DNA of 63,847 nucleotides, the filler included, from Hausera hauseri (lineage: Eukaryota), in the NCBI GenBank assembly GCA_046269625.1. It is 12 parts of 12 records of this genome, joined end to end, with 100 filler letters (N's around TTAATTAATTAA, not from the genome) between each part and the next. Parts side by side here need not be neighbours in the genome. Positions count along the whole stretch, not along the records: positions 5,521 to 13,575 come from JBJURY010800978.1; positions 13,676 to 17,691 come from JBJURY010817975.1; positions 17,792 to 22,691 come from JBJURY010398812.1; positions 22,792 to 26,984 come from JBJURY010709214.1; 8 more parts are not named here. One strand, given 5' to 3'. Numbering within the stretch: the first letter of the stretch is position 1; every line of letters starts with the position of its first letter. The translations under genes and the position numbers were made by a program. A model generated the notes under the pieces. It saw only the letters and a program-made list of their open reading frames with translations, ran no database searches and was not told the DNA's origin. Positions 13,198-27,084 of the stretch are shown piece after piece.

Positions 13198-16100
13198 CTC
13201 CTTCACTGAGAAAATATAAAAGGCACACCTGAAGGATCTGGCTGTAGAGCAATAAGTTCTATTTTCACAAGTTCACTTTTTTAAATGGCAGCAAAGAAGG
13301 TTTCCCGTGCCCACCTGTCTACACAGAATAATGTAATGAAATCAACATATGGGAACGTGGTACAAATGCCTCGGTTCTGGCTGTTATAATTAAGAGAAGA
13401 GAATTTACACCACCAGTTAACCCTGCCGATTCTATGGAAAGTGGTTCACCATTTAAGAAGTACTATCTCTTCACCTCCCCACACCTTTCTCTATAATTTC
13501 CATTAAGCTATTACAACTATTCGATAGATATAAATTGCACTGCACTTTTAGTATTTTAGAATTAACCAGGGCTGCNNNNNNNNNNNNNNNNNNNNNNNNN
13601 NNNNNNNNNNNNNNNNNNNTTAATTAATTAANNNNNNNNNNNNNNNNNNNNNNNNNNNNNNNNNNNNNNNNNNNNAAGACATTTACTAAGCTACATATTT
13701 TTTTAACATTCATTGTATCATAATTCCTATACCCCATACCTAGATAGTATCCAGAGCCATTCAGACTTTTTTGTTGGCTCGCCCCTTAAAGACCAGGGTC
13801 AGTTAATGTTTCCACCGCTTGCCATGCTATTTTATTTGTGATTACTTCGTAAGATATTTCTAAATTGATATTTGATGTTTGAGTAAAACTTTCCAGAATT
13901 GGTTACTTTAGTTTTATAGAGTTAGTCTTGTGCCGAAAAAAATGCAACGGATCTATCTTTCAGTTTTTGTAATGACGTCACAAGATGTTATAACAAACAG
14001 GTATTCACGTCACTAAAAAGAAAAACAAATGTGTTTACATAATACCCAGATAGAACGAGGTGGATCACACATGGAAGGTCTCGTTGAATTATAAATTGTG
14101 TTCCTGTCCCGATAAAAGAAACTGTCTCTCCAATTCACGTTCCAACATAACTTTTAAAAAATATATTTTCTGTCTCCTGTTTATCTGATCCCAGGAGAGA
14201 TCTCGTGGTCAGCCCGGAGTAGGCGTATCCACGTTTGAGTAAAAATGATATATGTGATTTGCTCTAAAAGGAATTATGGAGAAGAATTACCAAGAAGAAA
14301 TCCATGGTGCCGTTATGCCGCCTGGCGTGGCACGTAATGATGATTTATATATGTATTTGATTACATTTACATTGCTTTGATTTGAAAATAAAACTGATTT
14401 TGTTGTAGATTCTTTCGTGATTGTTAATACATTTTATTTTTTTTGTTTCTAAGAATCTTATGAGGTCAGTTCTGGAGGCGAAGCAGATCTACGTCTTCAT
14501 TACGATACTAGTGACAAGAATCAAGGAAATAAAGAATTTACACCTGAAGATACATTTAATGAGGACTGTCTACCTCCCGAATATAGAAACACGAGTGTTA
14601 TGGACTCTTTTCAGACCTAACTGTTCGAGTGTCAGTCTGTTATGTTAGTGTGGCGAGAGCGAAGACTGATCCTAACTCAGATGAGCTGTTCACATTTTAT
14701 AATAAAAGAGGAAATCACATGCTTAGAACTGCAACTGGGTTTTGTATAACACGGTGAAATACCCAGATATGATCAACAACAATGAAACTTGTACGTGTAA
14801 GGAATGTCTCAACTCATCACCATAATAAATGAAGTACTGAAGAAAAACAAAAAAAAAAGGGTATTGGAGTCGTACAAGAATGGCGAAAAAAAGACAAAAA
14901 CTACTACGTTACGATCAACAAGGTCTTCATCATGTACGTCTAACACAGAAAACGCGGCAGACAATACACGCTACAATTACATCGCGGGAGTAAGAAAGAG
15001 GCACATGGCAGATCTGTAAAAACAATGAAAAGGCAGATAGAGGGAGCAAATATCAAGCAGAAGTATGCTAACAATAAATTAACACCAAATGAAATAGAAT
15101 AAAATTAAATTAAATAAATAAATAATTAAAGTAGATATTGAAACAAATCCTGAATCGTGAACGAAATGTTCAATTTACCGCATTCAACCAAAAATGGCGC
15201 AAGGAGGTAGTAGGACAAACGCGTGGGTGCCACGGTCGAGAGATACGATTAGATTGAAATGGTGACCTCTGCCGGTCACTACTAAACCTAGGAGTAGGAT
15301 GTGTGAGACAGTTTGGAAAGGAGAGAGGTGCAGGGATGGGGCACTGATCGGAATAAAAAGGCGAAACAGGGCATGGGGAAAGAGAGCAGGCCTGGTCTGT
15401 CGAAAGAATTAACTGTATTCAAACCGGCCCGCTGGATCACACCCAAAGAAGAAATCAACTGGTTCATACGGCGAGGCGGGACCGGGTGTCAGAAGAGGAT
15501 AAACTGGTGACTGTGACTTCAATGCCAGACACAGTGTGGTGGTCGGGGCTGTTGAAATGCTTGTCGATGAGTGTGTCATCTTCACTCCTGACGTCCCTTT
15601 TGGTTTACCTGAGGACAACAATGCTTTCGTCTCACTTACTGGCAAGTCAGATGTTGCCTATGTCATGAAGCAAGACAAAAGTAATGATGTATATATGACC
15701 TCGATTTCATAGTCATGCTCGATATTTTGTTGGAAGCTTTAGATAACGTGATTGATGACCGTGGAATCGAAAGGACTTTCTACTTTTTTTTCTCAAAGAC
15801 TGTTACATTTTGACTTATGGCAAGAAACTCACAGACCTCTTGTTTAGTTTGTTGCTAATGTTAGAAAACAGAAATTGTGAACCTACAGAGATAACTTACA
15901 TAACTGAAATTTTGTTGAAACAATTTGAAAGAGTGAACAAGGACGACAGTGTGGAAGTCACAACAACTACAACATTGTTACAACTTTTACAACGCATCGG
16001 TTAATTTGAAAGACGAGAATAATGTGTTAAGACTGTTACAAAATACAACTTATAGGAAGTGTTTCGAAAACGATCTTGAATGAAGAAGTAATTAACGTGA

Positions 16101-17791
16101 TCTATAAATTCATTGACTTTCACAGACTGAATGCGATGGGGAGAGAAAACGTGTTTCAATGCTACAAATACGATGTTTATAATAATGTCAAAATTGTTAC
16201 GTGGCATTTTGCATGAAAAAACTCCATTGACGTGCTTCTGCGGCTTTTAAAATTGTTCGGTAACAATGATCCATATTTACGTCTGTTTGCAGGGAATTAT
16301 TTACAGATGATGATGATTTCCTATCCCCACGTGTGTAGTAAACACATGGACCTGGGAGTGGTTTCCATACAATGTTCAAACAGCCACTTGTCCTGGATAC
16401 GGGGATCCGTATGTTTTGAATCACACAGCGCATTAGCGGCATGACAGCCGATTCAACTTAAGTAAAGACATGTCTTTTTTTTGTATTTGTTAAAGTTAAA
16501 TAAAATAAAAAGTATCTGATACGGAAGTGCCACATTCAGATGACTTGTTGCCAGTCGCTTGATATCTTCCCCTCGTAACTCGCGTTCCTTCAAACTTCAT
16601 ATTATCACACACTGACTCACGAACACGCATGTAAACCTCACAAACTTATGAAATCATCAGCATGTGCCAAGTCGAACGGCGGGTGCTGTCATGTATCTCC
16701 ACACCTCACGGATCTTGGTGTCTCTAGTCATTTCTCCAGCCACTAACGTAAACCAGTCTGTCATGTCATTCTCTATAACTTTCTATTCCGTGTGACCTGG
16801 AATCCTGAATATTTTTTCCAGACCTTCAACCGACTATCAGGAATGCACAACTGACTTTGTTCTATGACCACTTAGTTTATTGCAGGGATCAGACCGATGT
16901 TTGACACACTATACTAGTATCGTACCTTACTGTGTATATGGTCATAGTATACATAATCTATGCTGTATTACATTTTAGAAGCTTAGTGATGTATAATGTT
17001 TGGTTAGTGTCTCATATAACGACTATGTAGCCTATATGCGTAGCAGTACTGACTGATGTGTATAATTTATTATATGAGGGTGCCCCATTATTATTTCATT
17101 TTATTGGTTGTAATGCCAGCTTCAATTGTTTCTGTGCTGTAATTCAATGTCATTATAGATAGGTGTAATGTACTAGACCAATCTTATTCGACCCACATGT
17201 GTCGGCAGCCATGTTTGACTTGTGTGATTGGGTAGAGGGCTTGTGTGCAGATGGCCACTGTTCCCTGTACTATAGACGAGACCTTCCTCTATAGGACAAA
17301 AAATTGTCCTGGATGGGACATTATGTGAGTGATTGGGAAACAAAGATAGAGATGACGGGGACACACGAACCCGAGAGTTCGGGAGATCCATGACACCCGA
17401 CACCAAACGGCCTGGTCCCTGTTGATGATGTTGATAATGCCTTTTATCTACACCTCCAAGGTGGGAAAAGGTCATAAAACAAAATATTCAGTGAATATTT
17501 CATCATTGGATACAGAATAAAGCAAACAAACTGCGTGTATTACACATAAATTTAATGCTTTTTTGTGGAATTCAGAATCGGTCAGGCTACTAATAATGAA
17601 GTAAAAATTGTGTTACACCGAAACATTCCCTACTGGTTTTTCCAACTAGACCAGTCATTCCCAAAGTGGATGATATCGACCACCTGGGGTCNNNNNNNNN
17701 NNNNNNNNNNNNNNNNNNNNNNNNNNNNNNNNNNNTTAATTAATTAANNNNNNNNNNNNNNNNNNNNNNNNNNNNNNNNNNNNNNNNNNNN

Positions 17792-18047
17792 CCGAGCCCT
17801 AATTATCGATTTTTGATTTTTCGAAAATCCAATATTATTGATTTTTGCACACTTGCACATGTGCTGCAAACTTGCACTTGCACCAATCGATGTGCACTGA
17901 TGTGGACTATCGATTAGCACTTTGTCCCGATCGATTCGATCAATAGTGCTCTATGCAGTGATCGATATGTGAAAAGTGCAAAAATGTGCATAGCAACCGT
18001 GCCTAGGGGCACATGTGCATAATCGATTTATCGATTACCCCCCCCCC
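17792..18047 (-). mobile_element. PPT and start of the 3' LTR of the contig-4 Gypsy element
   Basis: G10 tract (18047-18038) follows the end of ORF3, then non-coding sequence rich in ATCGAT and TGCAC motifs. Confidence 0.65.
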
Positions 18048-18132
18048 AGGTGGGACCGAACCGCCATTGTACCCCTACTTACGGTCATTCCAATGTTGTT
18101 TGCAATCCATTGCGGTAGTTTAAGTGTGGTCT

Positions 18133-20225
18133 TTAAATTAAATATCGCAATGTGAGAATTTTACGGTTTCTTTGCTCTCCGTATTTGAGTATGTTACGTA
18201 TTTTGGTGTCTTCGCTTATTCGATCCATTGAGTTGTCTAAATGTGCTATTATCTTGTCATAAAAGGAATAGGTCATATTCTTTTCTGCAGTACTGAGTCT
18301 GCGTATCCATTTATCGTCGTCTGTCTTATCCATCGAAATTGTATCAGGTCGTTTGAACATGTCTGTTCCTCGGAATTTGGGGGTTAAATTCATTGACTGA
18401 TTGCTTCCGAGTTCTGCAGCTTGATTAAGTGAATTTCGTAGCATTGGTTCGACTTTTTTATGCATCTAATTGGCGTTGCACATCGCATTTATATTCTACA
18501 AAATCTATTGTAATTGGCCAATTAATCAAATTTTTGAAACATTTGGTTATCGTCTCCTCATTGGTCGTTATTTTATAGGCTGCATAAATTAGCACGATTG
18601 GTCCGAGTAAGAGACTGGATACTAGGACGTAATTCGTCATAGTCTCTTTAAAATAACTGCAAAAATCTTTATTTGCTAGTTCAGAACCACTATAGTGCAC
18701 GTTGCCTCACTTTTATTCTCTTCTGTAATTTAGTTTCTATCTAAAAGAAGTAATGTTCAGTCTGATAGTGTTGGGACTGAAATACTCTGATTTCTAATTT
18801 CATTTCGTTCCTCAATTCCACTTAACTGTGGGCACGGTTGATTACCTCTAATTATAGTAATATGATTCATAATGACCTTTCTTTTTACACTTGGGTTTTT
18901 TACCCAATGTAACGACCATCATAAGGATTATACCAATTCCTGCTACTATTACAAATGTCCACCAATATTGTGAGAGATACATTTCGGTTGTCTTTGTCGT
19001 GGTCGTGGTTAATTTCCATTTCTCATCATCATCATTGTGTCTTATATGGAGGTATTGATCTATTGCTGGTTGTTTTTTTATGGCTACAATTTTGGAGTTA
19101 TCCGGAGTTTCTATCCTTACTAAACAATTGGTATGTGGCGTTAATTTTCCTCAGAAATTCCGTCTATTTGTCTCGTACTTGATAATAACTTTGTCACGAG
19201 AACCAGTAAATGTTATCTCAATTCGGTATGTATAAGGTGTTAATTTGAATTTTATTGGAAATTCTTTCATCCGTTTTCCGTAGAATACATACCTATTTAC
19301 TTTAGGTTTAAACGTATGTGGCTGATTCTGCGATCTGAGCAGATCATCTCCCCTACCCATAATTGGGGGTTCTTGCAAAGGGGACGTAGTTTGTACTTTG
19401 AGTGTCGTTGTCAGTTTTACAGGCGTCCGAGTGGGTGTTGTACGCTGGGCGAAAGTTGGAATTGCTATGTTTGGTTTTACAGAAAAAAGAATGGGCAAAT
19501 GGTGGGAATGTACCCTAATTGATTGTCTAGTTGCCAGCGTTCGATATGCATCAAAACGGAGTTTATACCATATGTATGGGTATAATGCACATGACCGAGT
19601 ATTATTGCTTTTAAGATAACAGTAATATAGTTGTGCTATAACTGCGGAAACAGATCGAGCCATATGCTGATTTCGTAGTTGTTGGATAGCAATTGTGTGG
19701 TACGGAAATTCATACATGAGATTTTCGGTTTAAGGCTTATACCTGAAATTTCAATATCGTTCTCCAAAAATCGAGCAATAAAGAATCGCGTTCTACTATA
19801 TCTGGGGTTTCCAACGTTGTCATGTCTTGATAATTGGGAGAAAGAAGGATCACGTTGGTTTCCCAAGTAGCAATATCCTTGTGGTGAGACTTCAGTACTA
19901 CATAGTAGGTGTAAGTTGTTCTGTAATTAAATGGACAAAACGTTGTTTTATGCCTCTCAGTAATGGTACAGATAAACGATGTATTGTGGTTTGGTGTAAA
20001 GATAAAATTCACCTCGTATTGTACGAATACTGGTGTGTGAGTCCTCAGGCAAATGTTAGGTCTACTTTTGTCGATATGAGCAATAGAAGCGCGTGTGATC
20101 AACTCTGTATTGACTATTAAAATTTTGTCAGGGTTGGTATCTACAGTTGAAATTTTTACAAAAATTGTCATTAGAATGAACAAAACGATACCCAAGTGTC
20201 TACCCAAGCTGAGGTGCACTGGGTA
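18133..20225 (-). pseudogene. Orphan env-like ORF3 (signal peptide, T/P-rich stretch, TM, tail), disrupted
   Basis: LGIVLFILMTIFVKIST signal; sequons NHNTS and NNTRS; TTPTRTPVKLTTT; TM YVLVSSLLLGPIVLIYAAY; lies between integrase and PPT. Confidence 0.6.
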
Positions 20226-20245
20226 ATTCCCATTTTCTGGTTTAT

Positions 20246-22691
20246 TCAGAATACGAGTTTAAGTAGAGCGGCTACTATTTGGTCTTCCGAATTAGATGTA
20301 TCTAGATTTGTTTCCCGAATAAATTCGTTATATGATACAGGCGCTCGAGTGACTCTTTGAACAGAGACCGCTTCATATTTGTTTGATCCTTTCTGGATAA
20401 AAAGTGTCTGTGGGCGCACATTAACAATTTTGTACGGTCCTTGTCCAGTACGTGTTAATTTTAACGATTTTCCTTTCTTTGCAGCGGAATAATGAACCGT
20501 TATGTAATCTCCAATTTTGTAATTATGTGGTCGTGCCTTCTTATTGAACTGTTTCTTGTATTCTGCTGTATTTTTCTTGAAGTTCTTTTGCTTCCTGAAA
20601 ATATTCAAGTCGTTGGAGTAAATTCTGATATTTTTCATCCATATGGTCACTTGTCAGTAAGGATGATGGTAATAGTTCCGTATCTAGCGGCAACGAAGGT
20701 AATCGTCCAAACATTAATTTGAAAGGTGAATGATTGATGCCTTTTGCAGGGATAGTATTAATTGCAAAGGATGCAGTTTTTAGATGTTTTTGTCAATCGT
20801 TTTTGGAAAGAATGCCTTGGATTGTACGATTCATCCTTTCAACCATATCATTACATTGAGGGTGGTAGGATGTAGTTAACAGATGTTTACATTAGAATAT
20901 TTTGGACAGTTTCTCGAAAAATCCGCTGATGAAATATGGTGCGCGATCAGTTAACAACTGTTTCGGTGTGCCCAGTACGGCTACAATCTCATGGAAGAAA
21001 GCCTCGGCCACAATATCACTAGTCATGTTTTTTAAGGGTACTAGTAAAACATAGCGAGAGAAATAGTCACTAAATGGTAATATGTATTTGTATCCTGAAT
21101 TGGAAATTGGGAAGGGTCCAGAAATATCCATTAAACACACTTCCATTGGTTTGCATGCTTCCGGTAAGCTACCCAGAAAAGGTTTTGCACAAAACCCTCT
21201 ATCCTTTCTTGTAGCGCACATTTTACACGAACGTACCCATCCTTCAATATGTTTATTTATTTGAGGCCAATAATATTTTGCTGTTATACGTTTCAAAGTC
21301 TTATTCAGGGATGGATATCCAGCTAAGTGTGAATCATGTTCTTATATCATAACAGATTTAATTGCTGATGTGGGTACAATGATCAATTATCGCTCACCGA
21401 CTTTTAGTCCTAAAGTACTGTTTTCAATTTCTAGATTCTCTCTGTGTTTTGCATAAAATTGTTGAATGGAATTTAATACTGGTCCAACTAACTGTCCATT
21501 GATTAATTGCTTGACTTGAACAATTTTAGGTCCTGATTTTGTAGATTTTCAATATTCCGGATCTCAATTTGTCGTTGATCTTGTAACATATCGTTAATGA
21601 TTTTTTCATTCAATTGTTTTTCGCTTTCGTTATCTGTTGGTTTATGTACTGCGGCTACTATTCTTTCGTAAGGTATTCTCGAAAGTACATCTGCATTCGT
21701 ATTTTCTTTTCCTGTCGATATCGACATTCAAGATCATAATTCAAAAGCTCTAACTTCTATCGCTGGATTCGGCTTGATACATGTCTATTGTCGGGGCGCA
21801 GGGATAGCAGTGCCTTATGATTAGTAAATATTATAATTTTATGACCGTAAACATAATATTCATAATGTCGCAATCTATCCCTAATGGCTAGTTGTTCTAA
21901 TTCAGTAGTGGATTATTTTCGCTCTGCATTATTTAAACTTTGTCCTCCATACGCAATCACATGCTCAGTTGTTTAGTGAGGGTTTTGCTGAGCTAATATA
22001 TAACAAATAGCTTTTATACTGGCGTCTGTTTTCAGAATGAATGGAAGTGAAAAGTCTGGATATCTGAGTATCGGTGCTGATACCATTCGTCTTTTGACCT
22101 CGTCAAATGCATTCTGGTTCTCTTCTGTCCATTTCCATTTTTGATCCTTTCTTAATCACTTATATTGAGGTTGATTAATTTCTTCAAAATCAGGTATAAA
22201 TGTAGCGTAAAATCCTCCCAATCCTAACCAAACTTTTATCTCGTGCAAATTAGTTGGTGGGGGATATTTCAATATTTTGGACATTAAATCGGAACTAGTG
22301 GATATTCCTTGATTAGAAACAACAAATCCAAATTATCTAACTTCCTTCTTGTACCATTCGCATTTTTTGTGTTTAATTTTAACTTAGCAAGCCTGATTCG
22401 ATCAAACACTTCTTTTATTTCTACTATATGTGCTGACCATATTTTGGATGCGATGAGAATGTCGTCAATGCATGATAATCCTCGTACTCCTTTTAAAACT
22501 AAACGAATAAATTCATGGAAGAAGGTGGGTGCCGTTTTCAACCCAAATGGCATACGTGTAAATTGATAAACTCCTGTATGGGTCTTAAATGCAGTTTCCC
22601 ATCGATATTCTTCTGCTATGAGGATTTGCCAAAAACCACTTTATAAATCTAATGTGGTGAAATATTTACAATCCTTTAGTTCGTCTGTAAT
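20246..22691 (-). mobile_element. pol: Degenerate Ty3/Gypsy pol (RT-RNase H-integrase)
   Basis: LDLKSGFWQI, MPFGLK, CIDDI; TDAS, YSTTELE, NADVLSR; integrase YYWP..SCKMC, MDISGP, TDRA, YHPQ and the GPY motif. Confidence 0.95.
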
Positions 22692-22791
22692 NNNNNNNNN
22701 NNNNNNNNNNNNNNNNNNNNNNNNNNNNNNNNNNNTTAATTAATTAANNNNNNNNNNNNNNNNNNNNNNNNNNNNNNNNNNNNNNNNNNNN

Positions 22792-23880
22792 TGAGACAAA
22801 GTAATACAAGAAGCTATTGGGATTCCGAAACAGAGGTCTATCAAATTACAAACTTACTTTCTCGAAAATGTTTCTTGGAAATTATCAGCAATCTCCATTT
22901 CTGTTACAACGAAATCTTAACGGACAGTGACAAACAAAAGCTATGGAAACTGAAAACGTACTAGAACTCTTAAGAAATTGTTTCGTTAGTGTCTCTCCAA
23001 AAGAACGTTGATGGGATGATAGTGCCATTTAAATGATCAACCTCAATTCATAGGCAATATTTACCGAAGAAACCTCATAAATGGGGATTTAAAATTTGGT
23101 GCAGATGTAAGGAAAGTGGGTATTTATACCATTTCATTGTCTATCAAGGAAAATCTGACCATGTCGATCTGATTGATAATCTAGTTGTTGGTTCAACCAT
23201 AATGAAGCTTTGTAAAGATTTACCAAACCGAAGTCATAACAATCTCTTCATATGTATGCCTTTAGTGAAAGCATTGAATGATAAGGGTATTTTTATCTCG
23301 GAACTATTCGAACTAACAGGCTTCCGGATCTTTGAAGCTTAAGTACGAAAACAGGGGCAGTTACAATATTTTCCGCATATTGTTCTTCCGATCCCATAGG
23401 ATTTATCCGACGTTTCGAAAGAAAAAACAAACAATATAAAGACGCTCCGATTCCTTTTGCTGTGGAAGAATATAATAAATTCATGGGAGAGGTTTACAAA
23501 TTGTATTGCCTTCTAGGAATAACACGTTGTATTCAGATTTCCATGCGTTGGTACACGTACATATTTTACTACATGGTCAATATCGCTGTCATCAACTCTT
23601 GAATACCATATAAGCGTGACCTGAAAATTATAAAACCTAATGAGAAGCCTATACTTTTATGAAGGTTCACATTTTCATTGTGCGAAGGGTTGGCCCACCT
23701 AAACCATATACAGAATTTGGCAAGAGGAGACCCATAATTTCCTCGGAAGGGCAAGTAAGGTTTGATAAAATGGGTTATTTTCCAATGTGGTCCGATTCAA
23801 AAGGGAGATGTAAAGTAGAATTGCGGAATTGCAACTTTCCGCCATACCGGACACTGCCGCGTTAATCATTTTTAAACGAT
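22792..23880 (+). mobile_element. piggyBac transposase relic
   Basis: RQYLPKKPHKWGFKIWCRC..SGYLYHFIVYQGK, GTIRTNR, PFAVEEYNKFMG, and a C-terminal Cys-rich remnant; many stops. Confidence 0.85.
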
Positions 23881-23889
23881 GGGTAAGCA

Positions 23890-24891
23890 TCATATGACTT
23901 CTGTTTTGTTCTCAAACATCAGGATTTTGAAAGATTAAGGGTATACGCAATGTCAAATAGCCCAAAGACTGAACATTTATTTCGCAGTTGTTTAACGGAC
24001 ATTGTATGGAAAACGTTCATCAAAATTCAACTCGGGAAGAGTTAAATGCACATCTGCAAGTGACTATCGGACCACAATAAGAATTGTCAATAAGAATCCA
24101 TTTATATCACCACGGGAAATTCAATCAACATTGCCAGAAGAATGTCATGTTTCATCTCGGACTAATCGCCTACGTGCGGTTGATGCAGGATTACATTCAA
24201 GAAAACCGTCTAAAGTCACTAAGTGAATTACAGAAGCGTAAACGTTCGATCTTCTGTCAAAAATACGAGGACTGGTCACCCGAGCAGTGGGCTGATATTT
24301 GCTTCAGTGAATTATCCTGCTTTCAACTCATGACGTCCCTTGTGAAATCTGTCAGGCGACCTAAAGGTCAACGTTATTCAAGGTAATTTACTGTTCCAAC
24401 AGTCAAACACCCTGACTCAATGATGGTTTGTGCATGTTTTTGGGTTAAAGGGAGAGGAATATCTCACAGAAAGCTTCCCACGTCCCTTGCAAGAGACCAA
24501 TATGAAAATTTTCGGAAAGATTCCACGCCATGCCATGTGTCTAAACGGTCTATGGCATGGTTTCGAGCAAATAACATTCATCTGAACCGGCCAGGTTCTA
24601 GTCCAGGTTTAAATCCTCCGGAGAAATTATGGGTGGGATTCATAAAAATTTGTAGACGCTTAAAATCCCACGTGTCACAGATTTACGAAGAATTATTGGA
24701 GTCCTAGTACATAAAAATAACTCCAGACTATTGTAGAAAACTTATTTATTCATTACCCAGGCGCATAAAGTCAATTATTAGTGCCAAAGGTGGTAATACC
24801 AAGCATTAAAACAATTTCATTGACGTTTCTGTATTTCATTGTTAATTAACGCTTTTGTGAAAGGTATGTTGATTTTTTGGCCACTATTGTA
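23890..24891 (+). mobile_element. Tc1-family transposase relic with probable right end
   Basis: NPFISPREIQ..VSSRT, FCQKYEDWSPEQWADICFSE, TVKHP, DSTPCH, PGSSPGLNPPEKLW, SLPRR..AKGGNTK; ends TTTTGGCCACTATTG-TA. Confidence 0.85.
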
Positions 24892-25587
24892 AATCGCTTG
24901 AGTTGACGAATTCTTTTACAATTTTGTTGCATGTACTGAAATTACTTATTCATTAATTCAAATTTTATTTAATTTCAGTCTTCACATTCTGAATATGAAT
25001 TTTGATGATAACCTGGTGGTTCGACATAAATGGAAAACATTGACATAAAATGTAAAAACGCGTTGAAGAAAAGGCTGTGTAACTTGAGTTTCGTTTTGTC
25101 GGAAAATGCGGGCTACCACTTTCCTCATAATAAAACCAATAATCATTTTAAGAAACCATACAGACCTACTAGTTAAAGAATTAAACATTGGTTGCCTTTT
25201 CTGTACTCAATAAAACCATGATTTAAAGGTTAAAGGCAAAACCGTTCGGATTAATAAACCAGTTGTTATCCTTAGTTCAACTTTCTGTAATTGGTTTCTT
25301 TTTCTCCACCAAGTGCAATCTTCAAACGGCCTTAGAAAGTTAATTAGTCCTTCAATTTATTCTTCTTTGCCATATAAAAGAATACCCCCTCACGATATAT
25401 CCGTCGCCTGCGCAATTCTCCAAGAGTCGAGGAGCCTTTCGCCGCGTTTGAAACGGACGCCTTTGCATTCCTTTTTGAATTTATAACATGTTCGACATTT
25501 GGTCAATATTGTAGTCAGAAATTATGAGGGCACTTAATGATTAAATTGCCATGACTATGTCCACCAAGAAACTTGTGGATCTTCGTA

Positions 25588-26479
25588 CAGGGTTGGGCAT
25601 AATACGACAACCGGCGTGCAAGGTCGTTTCTAACAGTTTTATACTTATGGCCACCTTTGCTAGTTTTTTGGAATTTTATAATTCCATTTATTTTAAGGTT
25701 ATAAATGATTATTCTTAGATATGGCTAGAAAGTCACTTCATCGAGATTCGATCATCTCCTTCTATCGGAAGGGAATTCCGCAAAATAAGATTTCGTGGTA
25801 TTCGCTTGTAGAGAAATGGCGTTTATCTAAAATAATTAAAGACGTTAAAGAACTTGGGACAAACTGGGATCGTTTGGGACGGGGTAGAAAAGTAACGGCA
25901 ACCACTTCGGTCAACATTAGTAGTGCGTGACAAACTCCGATTCCAAGCTTCTCGTTCTCAAAACAAAATTGCGGAGGAAGTGGAGTATTCAAGACGTTCC
26001 ATTGGACAAATAATCAAAAAGCTTAATAAAAGCTTACAAGTATTCAAAGGGGCTATTTCTTAATAATCTTACCAAAAAGAAACGAGAAGACCGCTCAAAG
26101 TCCGTGCTTAATCGTTCCAGCGGTATTAATTATCAAAATATCTTGTTCACCGATGAAAAGGATTTTACCATCGAGCAACAACGGCGTGTTCCTGAATCAA
26201 AGGTATGCAATAAGCCTCATTCTAGCACTGCCTCTCTCAAGAAATCTCTTAAGAAAGCATGGGATGAGTTGGACGTCGCGTACCTTTCCGCCACAATTGA
26301 TGCATTTCCAAAACGCCTTAGAGCCTGTATAGCTGCTTATGGAGATATCTTTGAAAGAGTTAAAGTAATTTGTTATTATGTTATCAGAAAATAAAATTTT
26401 AATGTTGATTTGTCTTTTCTATTAAGGCCGCTCTTCATTTCGATTAAAATACTGGTTGCCGTAATTATGCCCAACTCTG
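25588..26479 (+). mobile_element. Internally deleted maT/DD37D-like (mariner-Tc1 superfamily) element with both TIRs and TA duplication
   Basis: Left TIR CAGGGTTGGGCATAATACGACAACC versus right TIR (reverse complement) CAGAGTTGGGCATAATTACGGCAACC, both flanked by TA; ILFTDEKDFTIEQ is joined directly to the C-terminal SLKKAWDEL..FPKRLRACI. Confidence 0.9.
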
Positions 26480-27084
26480 TATTGTGTTTAAATATGTTAT
26501 TTAGACAGAAAACCGATAGTTTAAAAATGTCGTCTACTATGACGCATTAAAACTTGCCGAGCAATCTAACGGTTCTCGTCTGCGATTTGACACGGTTAGC
26601 AAGTTATTTCCCAACCGTTGTCTTACGAAGGAAGTTGCTTTATGCACAGTTTCTTAGTGGTCTGTTATCTCTTGACACGAATTTATTCTATCAAGCAGAC
26701 CATTTTATGCATATCGATATGAATTTATTCCTATACCAGTTGTAGACGGCGGTTGTTACGAAAACGTCTACACAGAAGATTTTCAAAGTTCTTGGTCGGA
26801 CGGTCGCAGTTTCGAATAACCCGATATTTTGTTAATACACTTTAATTCAATCGAGCTTGCGAAATATTCCATCTCGACATGAATACATGCGGAATTCCAT
26901 TTACCAAACGTGCTACAACGGTTTGCACTTTGGAATATCTACGATTTATCGAAAGATTTCTCAATGTCCTCGGTCGGACGTCGCNNNNNNNNNNNNNNNN
27001 NNNNNNNNNNNNNNNNNNNNNNNNNNNNTTAATTAATTAANNNNNNNNNNNNNNNNNNNNNNNNNNNNNNNNNNNNNNNNNNNN

